NCBI GenBank assembly: GCA_963706025.1
Contig: CAVPLM010000008.1
Span: 1-64,000, forward strand
Reading direction: 5' to 3'
Length of the DNA stretch: 64,000 nt
Source of the DNA: an uncultured Actinomycetes bacterium
GTDB taxonomy: Bacteria > Actinomycetota > Thermoleophilia > RBG-16-64-13
Position 1 is the first letter of the stretch. The number at the start of each line of letters is the position of its first letter. The translations under genes were made by a program, and so were the position numbers. Below are positions 46,508 to 55,221 of the stretch, piece after piece. The notes beneath the pieces are model-generated. The model made no database searches and had not been told where the DNA came from. It saw nothing but the letters and a program-made list of their open reading frames with translations.

Positions 46508-46990
46508 CTACGCCGGGTTGGGAATCGCTTCACCCCCCTGGGCGGGCGGCTCAGACTCGACCACACGTTTCAGGTTCTGCATTCCTCGTTCGCAGATCTC
46601 GTTCCACCGAGGTTTGAATACAAACACGTTCACTACAGGGCCGATGACCGGCGGTTTGGGTTGGTACTCCAGAACAAAGTTGACTCGGGTGGAAGCCCCT
46701 ACCGGCTCGAAGCGCCACTGCTTGCGCGCATCTACCCCCATGAGCGGCGTCAGGAAGGTCCAGCCTTTGTCCCCTTCGTATTCCACCGTCTCCCAATCGG
46801 ACGTCCGGGCCTTGCCAAGAAAGGTCAGGTCCACATGCAGGCGTGCTCCCAGCCCTGCCTCCTTGTCTCCAATCGGCTGCACCTTCTGGATGTAGTCGAA
46901 ATAGCGCGGGATGTTGCGCCAATCTCGAACGAAGCCGATAACCTGGGTGGCTGGTCTATCGATGACAGCCTGCTTCTCGATCCTTGTCAT
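46508..46990 (-). CDS. SRPBCC/polyketide cyclase family protein
   Basis: IEKQAVIDRP...DWRNIPRY...WRFEPVGASTRV; RBS GGAAGGAGG. Confidence 0.8.
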   Translation of the reverse strand: MTRIEKQAVIDRPATQVIGFVRDWRNIPRYFDYIQKVQPIGDKEAGLGARLHVDLTFLGKARTSDWETVEYEGDKGWTFLTPLMGVDARKQWRFEPVGASTRVNFVLEYQPKPPVIGPVVNVFVFKPRWNEICERGMQNLKRVVESEPPAQGGEAIPNPA

Positions 46991-47415
46991 GGCGCGGGCC
47001 TCCTTCCATGAAGCGACCGTAGGTGAGACGGGACCGCCGACCTTTCTCTAACGCCGTGAATCCCTAATGCAAGTATCTGGCTATCCGAGAGTGTAGTCAA
47101 GCCCTTCGCGAGGCGGTGGCCTGGGGCCTGGTGTGTCCTGTGTCCTGCAGGAGCGGACCTATCGATCATATACGCGAACGCACCTCTCCAGCCCGGTGCG
47201 CCACAGCAGATACAGATTCCAATCGGGGTGCCGGTTCGGCAGTTCACGAAGCCAGCTAGCGAAAGCTACAGCGCGCCCGACTCCATGAGCCACGGCACTT
47301 CTCCAGAAGATGGCGTCGGCACCGGCGGGGAGCTAGGTCCGCCGCACAAGACGGTGTTCGTCCACACCCTACAGCCACCTGAGGCCGGGTAGAGGAGTCC
47401 CCGAACGCATCCTGG

Positions 47416-47550
<135 letters not shown>

Positions 47551-47939
47551 ACGCCACCACAGAACAGGCGTGGATGGACGCGAGCAGTCCGCACATAACG
47601 GATGGGTTGCGCCGGGTCCGATCATCCCGCCCGAGCTCAAGCTCGCCATAGGCATCGGGCAGAAGGTCACCGAGGTTCGCCCCTAGGGGCAGGGGCAGAC
47701 GCCCGTCGAAGACCAGGAGCGCGACTGCCACACTCCCTTGCGTCGATTGCCCGGCTTGTCGCAGCCGCTCTTGGCAGCCCGTCTTTTGAGGCTCTCCTGT
47801 CCCTCGGGCCAGGTCAAAGACCAGCCTACCGCCCAGGCAACAATCCCGACAGCTGGCTGGTTCCTTCGAGGGACCGTGTTTGTATTCTACGTTGTAGAGT
47901 GTTCGACACCGTAGAAACGACAGAGCGGGAGAAGAGGCA

Positions 47940-48131
47940 ATGGGTACAGCAACTTCATTAGCCGAACTGAACCAGTCCCAGACGGCTCTGTCCGACGAGG
48001 AACGTCTTCATCTTCTAGACGAGTTTCTGGTGGCCACGTCCTTGGGATGGGAGCAGGTCGTGAGTGTTCTTCAATCCTACGTACGGGACCCAGAGACGCG
48101 GGAGACGCTGGAAGAGCTGCTGGCGGCCTGA
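47940..48131 (+). CDS. Small acidic hypothetical protein
   Basis: Purine-rich RBS GAAGAGG; 63-aa helical-looking ORF. Confidence 0.5.
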   Translation: MGTATSLAELNQSQTALSDEERLHLLDEFLVATSLGWEQVVSVLQSYVRDPETRETLEELLAA

Positions 48132-48185
48132 GGGCTTGGTCATCGGCATAGCGAGAGAAACGCAACAGCACCGAGGAGGCGCGAC

Positions 48186-48350
48186 ATGATCGAGAACGTA
48201 ATGAAACTGCACAAGTGCGAGAACTGCAGCATTCGCTGCAGGGGGGCGGCAAAGCCCGGTTCGGTCTCCGCTCGCATCCATCGCTGGCATATGACCTGGT
48301 GGCCGGGCTGGAAGATCTACCAAGCGGAGCTTCGCGAGCGCACCGCGTGA
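48186..48350 (+). CDS. Small Cys/Trp-rich protein (54 aa) absent from the ORF track
   Basis: RBS GAGGAGG; MIENVMKLHKCENCSIRC...RIHRWHMTWWPGWKIYQAELRERTA*. Confidence 0.7.
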   Translation: MIENVMKLHKCENCSIRCRGAAKPGSVSARIHRWHMTWWPGWKIYQAELRERTA

Positions 48351-48378
48351 CCAACAACAGGCACGAGAGAGGAAGATT

Positions 48379-49092
48379 GTGACTCCAAAGACCAGAAGAT
48401 CGGTAAGTGAGCGGGGGTCAACCGGGCGTCGCTATCCGGAGGAGCCGCTGAGTCGCGAACGGATCGTGAGCACTGCGCTGGCCCTGGTCGACGAGGAGGG
48501 GCTGCCGGCTCTCTCCATGCGCCGTCTGGCCGCTGCCCTGGGCGTCGATCCCATGGCCATCTACTACTACCTGCCCAACAGGGCCGCTCTTGAGGATGCC
48601 ATAGTCGAAGCGGTGAATGTCGACATGTACGCGGACGAGTTCTCGTTCGACTTCTCACTTCCCCTGTACGATTTCGTGGTGGCGGCAGGGCGGTTCTATC
48701 GGACGGCCCTGCTGCGCCATCCCCACGCCGTCTACCTCATGGTGGTGCGGGCCGCGCCCACGCCGACCGCCTCGAGACCGGGTGACGCGATGATGGGCAG
48801 GCTCATCGAACGGGGTCTCACTCCTGCCGAGAGTGTTACGGCCGTAGACGTCTTTTCCACGTATGTCACTGCCTCCGTCCTCCGGCAGGTCCAACTGCCG
48901 ATGGGACCGGAGCATGACCCGCACGTCCAACTACGGAAGATGAAGGACGCGCTGGACCCGGCGGAGTCGCCCAACCTCGTTCGGGCCATCGCCGAGGGAA
49001 ACCTCATGGATTTCGACGCTGAGTTCGAGTTCGGACTTCAGGCCCTCGCCCGGGGGTTCGCCGAAGTCGCAGCCAAACGAGCGGCCGGGTAG
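48379..49092 (+). CDS. TetR/AcrR regulator with TetR_C domain
   Basis: LSRERIVSTALALVDEEGLPALSMRRLAAALGVDPMAIYYY; FEFGL. Confidence 0.92.
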   Translation: MTPKTRRSVSERGSTGRRYPEEPLSRERIVSTALALVDEEGLPALSMRRLAAALGVDPMAIYYYLPNRAALEDAIVEAVNVDMYADEFSFDFSLPLYDFVVAAGRFYRTALLRHPHAVYLMVVRAAPTPTASRPGDAMMGRLIERGLTPAESVTAVDVFSTYVTASVLRQVQLPMGPEHDPHVQLRKMKDALDPAESPNLVRAIAEGNLMDFDAEFEFGLQALARGFAEVAAKRAAG

Positions 49093-49130
49093 GGCCGACT
49101 CGATCGTTCAATCGCAAAGGAGGATCAGCC

Positions 49131-49490
49131 ATGACAACCATCGGAGCGACAAGCACAGGGGAGTCTCAGAAGCGCACGTTGGAGCTTCAGCTCGAGCGGA
49201 GCGGCTGGGCCCTCTTTCTCATCATGATTGGTGGGCTCGCCCTCCTGCCCGCAGGCTGGGTTCCCGCAGGGGTCTGGCTCGTGGGCGTGGGGCTCATCAT
49301 GGTGGGGATGAACATCATTCGGCATCGCAAAGGCATCCGGATCAGCGGCTTCACCACAGTCCTCGGAGTCGCCGCGATGGCCGCGGGGTTCTTCTCGATG
49401 GCTGGAATCGATTTCCCGGTGTTCCCCGTTCTCCTGATAGCCGTCGGGGCTCAGATCCTCTACGGCGTAAGCAGAGGACAGCGCGACTAG
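49131..49490 (+). CDS. Four-TM hypothetical membrane protein
   Basis: RBS AAGGAGG; GWALFLIMIGG...WLVGVGLI. Confidence 0.7.
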   Translation: MTTIGATSTGESQKRTLELQLERSGWALFLIMIGGLALLPAGWVPAGVWLVGVGLIMVGMNIIRHRKGIRISGFTTVLGVAAMAAGFFSMAGIDFPVFPVLLIAVGAQILYGVSRGQRD

Positions 49491-49519
49491 TCACGCCCCG
49501 GTCACCGAAGGGAGCGTCC

Positions 49520-50263
49520 ATGAGAGTCTTGACCGTCTATGCCCATCCCGATCCTAGGTCGTTCTGCCACGCCATCCTCGAGCAGTTCACCAAGGGACTC
49601 CAGGATGCCGGCCACACGAGCGAAGTAGTCGATTTGTACGCCATTCGTTTCGACCCGGTCTTTCGCATGCAGGACTTCCCCAGCTACGTGCACCCAAGCA
49701 TGCCGCTCGACATACTCGAGCAGATGGACCTAAAGAAGCGCGTGGTGGACTCCGCCGGGAATCCGGTGACGAAGCTCATCGCCAAGCGTTGGCTTCGGAA
49801 CAAGGACACACTGGAAGTGGCCCGGATTATCCATGAGCACAGGCCCAAGGACGTTGCGGCCCAGTGGGACAAGGTCAAGAGCGCCCAAGGCTTGGCCTTC
49901 ATCTCGCCCGTGTACTGGCTGCATTTCCCGGCGATCATGAAGGGCTGGTTCGAACGGGTTTTCGCCTACGGCGACGCCTACGCCTTGACGCCCGAGGGAT
50001 GGCGCGGAGAAATGGCCGGTCGAGTGCCGCTGCTTCAGCATGAGAAGGCCCTGGTCATCAACACGACTCTCTTCCGGGAAGAGGACTATGAGACCTATCT
50101 CAAGGAACCGATGACCCGGATCATCGACGACTGGGGACTGCGCTACCCAGGGGTCAAGAAGGTCGAACACGTCTACTTCTATCGCGTGCCGGTAACGGAC
50201 GACGAGTCCAGGCGGGGCTATCTAGACCAAGCCTACCGGCTGGGCAAAGACTTCACCGATTAG
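49520..50263 (+). CDS. NAD(P)H:quinone oxidoreductase (flavodoxin-2 family)
   Basis: VYAHPDPRSF, DLYAIRFDPV, PVYWLHFPAIMKGWFERVF. Confidence 0.88.
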   Translation: MRVLTVYAHPDPRSFCHAILEQFTKGLQDAGHTSEVVDLYAIRFDPVFRMQDFPSYVHPSMPLDILEQMDLKKRVVDSAGNPVTKLIAKRWLRNKDTLEVARIIHEHRPKDVAAQWDKVKSAQGLAFISPVYWLHFPAIMKGWFERVFAYGDAYALTPEGWRGEMAGRVPLLQHEKALVINTTLFREEDYETYLKEPMTRIIDDWGLRYPGVKKVEHVYFYRVPVTDDESRRGYLDQAYRLGKDFTD

Positions 50264-50321
50264 CGGCTCGATTCGTGCGCGGATTGAAAAAGGAAAGGCA
50301 TCGACATTGAGGGGGTGCGTC

Positions 50322-51191
50322 ATGCGTGACACAGAGCAAGCGGAGCGGCTCGTCGAACGTCTCGATCCAAGCGAGGACTTCAACTTCGAGCACTTCCGGA
50401 TGCGACACATGCTCGCGGAACTTCTGCGCCCCGGCCTTCGCCCCGGCCGCGAAGCGCCGGACTTCAAACTGCCCTCCACCGACGGTCCGCCCCTGCAGTT
50501 GAGCGACCTCCGCGGAGCGCCGGTGCTCCTCCACTTCGTGAGCTACACGTGCCCAGTCACGCGCGGGGGCGTGGCAACGATGGAGGAACTGTATCGGCTC
50601 TACGGCGAACAGGTGCGGTTCGTCGAAGTGCTTATGCGCCAAGCGCACCCCGGGGAGCGACACGGCGCGTACCGCTCCAACGAGCAGAAGCTTCAGGACG
50701 GCCGCGACTACCAGCGCGAAGAGAACGTACCGTGGCCGGTACTGGTCGATGATCTCGCCTGCAGCGTGCAGCGCGCATACGGTGGTTTGGCCGCCGCCGC
50801 CTACCTCATCGACAGCCGCGGAATGGTCGCCTTCTGCGGCACCTGGGGCCAGTCCCCTGCCCTACGAGAGGCCCTCAACGACCTCCTCGCCCGTGGCGGC
50901 ACCGGCACCCCGGCCGGAAAAGGCACCGACCGCCGACCGCACCTCGCCGCCGGCATCGTCGCCGGCCGCAGCGGCCCGGCGCGCGGCGGACGCCAAGCCC
51001 TGATCGACCTCGAACTCGGCTTTCCCAGCGGGAACATCCTCATGCTTGTCGGGGGAGTGCTGCGGCCGCTGCTCGCGCCGCTCGCGCTTCGCACGACGCC
51101 GATCCCACCGAAGGAACGTGCCGCTCTCCTCGCCGGGCTTGTCGCTGCAGGCGCCGCTCTTGGTCTCGGCGTGAGACACATCCGGCGCTAG
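50322..51191 (+). CDS. Deiodinase-like thioredoxin-fold protein with C-terminal TM
   Basis: APDFKL, LHFVSYTCP, RQAHPGE, VLVDDL, AYLID. Confidence 0.75.
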   Translation: MRDTEQAERLVERLDPSEDFNFEHFRMRHMLAELLRPGLRPGREAPDFKLPSTDGPPLQLSDLRGAPVLLHFVSYTCPVTRGGVATMEELYRLYGEQVRFVEVLMRQAHPGERHGAYRSNEQKLQDGRDYQREENVPWPVLVDDLACSVQRAYGGLAAAAYLIDSRGMVAFCGTWGQSPALREALNDLLARGGTGTPAGKGTDRRPHLAAGIVAGRSGPARGGRQALIDLELGFPSGNILMLVGGVLRPLLAPLALRTTPIPPKERAALLAGLVAAGAALGLGVRHIRR

Positions 51192-51207
51192 GGGTTTCTC
51201 AGCATGA

Positions 51208-51275
51208 AGCCCGGTCCGTGAGGCCGGGTCCTCGCATATTCGGGCCGAGTTCGGGGGCAAGTCGGGGCAGACTCG
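51208..51275 (+). repeat. Array module copy D (arm segment only)
   Basis: AGCCCGGTCCGTGAGGCCGGGTCCTCGCATATTCGGGCCGAGTTCGGGGGCAAGTCGGGGCAGACTCG. Confidence 0.85.
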
Positions 51276-51479
51276 ACGGCAGGGAAGACGGCAGTGAAGG
51301 GACCGGAGGAACGCCAGTCCTTTCGCCTCACTTGTGTCCGTGAGCGCCCGCTCGATGACGGGTGACCCCTTCGTCCGACGGGCGCGATTTCTCTTTGCCC
51401 CATGTCAACAATTCGACCCTCTCGTGCGTGTATACGCCGAAAGCAGGACAATGGGGAAGCGGAGACGGGACTGGTTAAG

Positions 51480-52049
51480 GTGGAGGCGGACGGCAAAACG
51501 TTCTTGAAGACCGGGAGCGTGACCGGTTTGAGCGACTGGCCGCTGAGTGATGGCAGAGTCCGGGAGCACCTGCACTATGGCTGCCCCGAAGACGTCTTCG
51601 AGCACGACTACGACCGTTTGGTCCAGGCGCTGACCATCGTGGCCGGTGACAAGGAAACAGCCGCCGACGCGGTCCAAGAGGCCTTCGTTCGCCTTGTACG
51701 CGACTGGGGCCATTTGGGCGCCTACGAGAATCCAGCTGCTTGGGTACGACGAGTGGCTTTGAACCTGATCCACGATCACCAACGCTCGGTCTGGAGACAG
51801 GCGAGACTCCTGCTCAGAATCGAGCAGCAGCCCCCCGCGCGGGAGGGAGCCTCGGCGATGGCTGAAGAAGTGTGGGAGCAGCTGAGGGCCCTGCCTCTCA
51901 AACAGCGCACCGCTCTCGCTCTCTACTACGTGGGCGACTTGACCGAGCGTGAAGCGGCCGACGTCATGCACGTGTCGGAGGGCACGGTCAAGCAGCACCT
52001 GCACCGCGCTCGGCAGACACTACGAGAAACACTGGAGGGACAGTGGTGA
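51480..52049 (+). CDS. ECF sigma-70 factor (start uncertain)
   Basis: AADAVQEAFVRL, PAAWVRRVALN, LPLKQR, SEGTVKQHLHRAR. Confidence 0.9.
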   Translation: MEADGKTFLKTGSVTGLSDWPLSDGRVREHLHYGCPEDVFEHDYDRLVQALTIVAGDKETAADAVQEAFVRLVRDWGHLGAYENPAAWVRRVALNLIHDHQRSVWRQARLLLRIEQQPPAREGASAMAEEVWEQLRALPLKQRTALALYYVGDLTEREAADVMHVSEGTVKQHLHRARQTLRETLEGQW

Positions 52050-54155
52050 ACCTAGACCGGCAACTCGAAGAAACACTGAAGTGGCTCGCGGGGCCGGTGG
52101 ATCGAGGCGGAGTATGGGCCGGCATCGAAGCCCGCGCGCAGAAAGAACAGAGAGCGCCCGAGGAAGGTCTGCCCTTGGCTGGCTGGATCGGTGAGCAGGC
52201 CGGTGATAGCGAGCGGTCGCTCGCACCGAAGGCGTCCGCCCCCAGGCGCAGGAGCGGCCTCCGCGTTGCGGTCTTTGCGTCCATCGCCGTCGTCCTGGTG
52301 GCCTCCATAACCGTCGGGAGCCTAGAGGCCGCCAAACACCTGGGCAATGACCAGCCCGTGCTCGTCATTACCGACGACACCCTCAGTCCCACGGCTACCG
52401 GTCAGACAGACCATACGACGGCAACCGGGGCACAAGGTGGGTACTGGGAGCGGCTGCCGTTGACCAGCTTGGGCGGGGCCGTCAGTATCCTGGTCATGGA
52501 TCCCAGCAACCCGTCGATCCTCTACGCGGCGAGGTCCGATGGTCTGTTCAAATCGAGCAACGGGGCCGGGAGTTGGAAGCGGCTCGCGCCGCTCGAGAGC
52601 GACCTGTTTGCCGTGACGGATGTAACCCTTATCACGATCGATCCGGCCTCCCCATCCACGGTCTACGTGACGGCCTGGGACGGTGGGCCCGCACTGTTTA
52701 GGTCGGATGACGGCGGCGCCAGTTGGGTGGACTTGAACTGGGCGTGGAACGATGTGATCGCCGCTGTGGGGGAGATCATAGATCTGGGCCCCGGGAACAC
52801 ATCCAGGATGTGGTTCGACACAACATCCTCCCCGTCCACGGTGTATGTGGCGGGCGCCTACCCGGTGGTCCTCGCCGCCAAGCCGGTGTTGCGGTCGACG
52901 GACCGGGGCAAGAGCTGGACCATGCTCAGCCCGGAAGAGGCAGCCCAGGCGCTGGCACAGCAACCGGAGGGCGGGCTCGGGACGGACTTCCAGGGCACGG
53001 TCACGGACGCTGACACCGGCGCCGTCCTTGCAGTTTCCATGGGACGTATCGACCCCGGCGATCCGTCGATCCGGTACGCCGGCACCGAAGAGGGCGTCTA
53101 CAAGTCCACGGACGGCGGCACCACCTGGAAGAAGGCAAATGCCAGCTTGCACACTTCCGTGGCCTGGAGGGTGGTTCCCGATCCTAGTTCGCCGGCCATC
53201 CTCTATGCGGCTACGCCTGAGGGGATCTTCAAATCCGACGACGCTGGCATCACGTGGAGCATGATCCTGCCCGGTCAAGGCTCGGTGGTCCTGGCGCCCT
53301 CCTCCCCCTCTACGCTATACGCGTGGACATCGGCGGGGCTGTTCCGCACCGACAACGCCGGGGCCGAGTGGACCCAGCTTGCCGGCGCAGGCCTGGTCGA
53401 GCAGACCGCCCCTAGCGGTGCGGAAGGTGGCCTGGCTCTGGTCGCCGCCGACAACCCCGACACCGTGTTCGCGATGACGGGGATGACGGACACGCCTATG
53501 AAGCGCCTGTTCAGATCCACCGACGGCGGCAACACCTGGAGCCAAGTGCTCGAAGGGGTTGCGTTCGGTACACAGCGGTGGTGGTCTTCTCGTCGCCGAT
53601 CCGCTGAATCCCTCTACCTTGTTCACCGCTACTGAGTCGGGCGAGGCGGGCCAGGTGCTCAAATCGACGGACGCTGGGAGCACGTGGACGGTCGTCGCCC
53701 CCGCCGAGCAGTGGACAAACGGGCTGCAAGACATCGCGGTAGACGCGCACACTCCCTCCAACGTCTACGTGATCCAATGGCAGGGCATCGGTGATGGACC
53801 GAACCCGGTCTTTCGCTCGCCCGATGGCGGAGCCACCTGGGAGAAGGTCGACCTCGCAAACCTCGAAGGCCTTGGGGAGCCCTTCTGGTCTCCACAGCGG
53901 CTGCTGTTCGATCCCCGGTCACCCGACACGCTCTATGTGCCGGTGGTTAGAATGGTGGGATGGGGCATAGGCGCAGGCCTCTACCGCTCGACGGACGGAG
54001 GAGTCACCTGGGAGAGCATCATCGGGGGGCTCGACGCCCATGAAGCGGATAGGGTCAGCCAAGCGCCCAACATCGTGATCGACCCTGCCCCCGGCGGAGG
54101 GCTGTACGCCGCGACGGGGTTCAGCCTCTTCCAGTGGGTGCCCGAGAACGAGTAA
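52043..54155 (+). CDS. Membrane-anchored putative anti-sigma/sensor with BNR/Asp-box (VPS10-like) propeller, frameshift near 53570
   Basis: Overlaps the ECF stop, TM, numerous S-x-D-G-G-x-T-W Asp-boxes. Confidence 0.8.
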
Positions 54156-54205
54156 GGCAGTAAGGCGCGTGAGCACAGGTAACGCGAGCCAGAAAGAGGT
54201 GCGCC

Positions 54206-54688
54206 GTGAAAGCCAGATTCCTGCTACGTGGTCGAGTCAACCGGTGGCTGCTGGTCGCGGCGGTGGTGCTGGCCGCGGCCGCGGTGGCCGTGGGTGCATG
54301 CGGCGGTGGGAGTAGCGATACGGCTCTCCTAGACAAGCTGGGGGCGGCCTGGATCTCCAACGATGTCGCCGCGGCCAAGGAAGTCTACGCAGCCGATGCC
54401 GTCATCCAGTGGCCGGAAGGAAGCGAGCCCGCCGTGTCCACCGGCATCGATGCCATCACCAAACTGGTAGCAGACTACCCGGTCGACCCCACGCGGATTG
54501 GGGACGAAACATTCACCTACGTCCCCTCCGCCAAGGACATCGAGGCCCTGAGCGTGGCGTACAAAGGGGCGCAATTCATAGCCTACCCGGTGAGGGTAGG
54601 GCGCGATCTCTACATGTCGGTGATAGAGATCCGTGACGGGAGGGTAGCCAACCAGTGGGTGTCGTACATGTATCGCCCCACCCCGTAG
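54206..54688 (+). CDS. NTF2/SnoaL-like lipoprotein
   Basis: VGAC lipobox; AW...D......YAADAV...GIDAI...EIRDGRV. Confidence 0.7.
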   Translation: MKARFLLRGRVNRWLLVAAVVLAAAAVAVGACGGGSSDTALLDKLGAAWISNDVAAAKEVYAADAVIQWPEGSEPAVSTGIDAITKLVADYPVDPTRIGDETFTYVPSAKDIEALSVAYKGAQFIAYPVRVGRDLYMSVIEIRDGRVANQWVSYMYRPTP

Positions 54689-54878
54689 ATCCCCCAGACC
54701 ATGTGCCAAAGACCGACCGAGCTTCCTCCATCGATCCCAACGGCTTGATCACCCGGGAGGAAGTGCTCTACGACGCCGACACAGCCTCCTGGCCTCCGGC
54801 CTCGTATGCTGAGCCTGGGAAGCCCTGGCAGCGCCCGGTGGGCACACCTCGGGCAACGGCAGGCCTTTTGGACAGCAT

Positions 54879-55019
54879 CGTTGTGCCGCGCAAGCGGTAC
54901 CGGGGGTTCGAATCCCACCTCTCCGCTTAGAAAAGCCAAGAACGGCATGTCGGGCCCGGCCCGGGTGGCCGGGTTTTCGCGTCTTCGAGGCGAGTTCGGG
55001 GGCAAGTCGGGGGCAAACT
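54879..55019 (+). repeat. Array module copy E (tRNA-Ser 3' half plus arm segment)
   Basis: CGTTGTGCCGCGCAAGCGGTACCGGGGGTTCGAATCCCACCTCTCCG, then CTTAGAAAAGCCAAG...CGAGTTCGGGGGCAAGTCGGGGGCAAACT. Confidence 0.93.
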
Positions 55020-55221
55020 AGGGAAAAAACGGGTGCTGGACGGACGCGTACAGTTCTGCTCCCGGGGACTGGCAATCAGTGGCCGCTGCTCTGGCTCAAA
55101 TCCTGGGGCTGCACTTGTCAGAACATAGCGTGATCTGGAGGTCCGGTGAGCATTGCCAAGCAGGACATGGAGATTCCTGCCTTCCGCCGACCGGCGAAGC
55201 CCCGGCGGCAACTCCTGGCGG

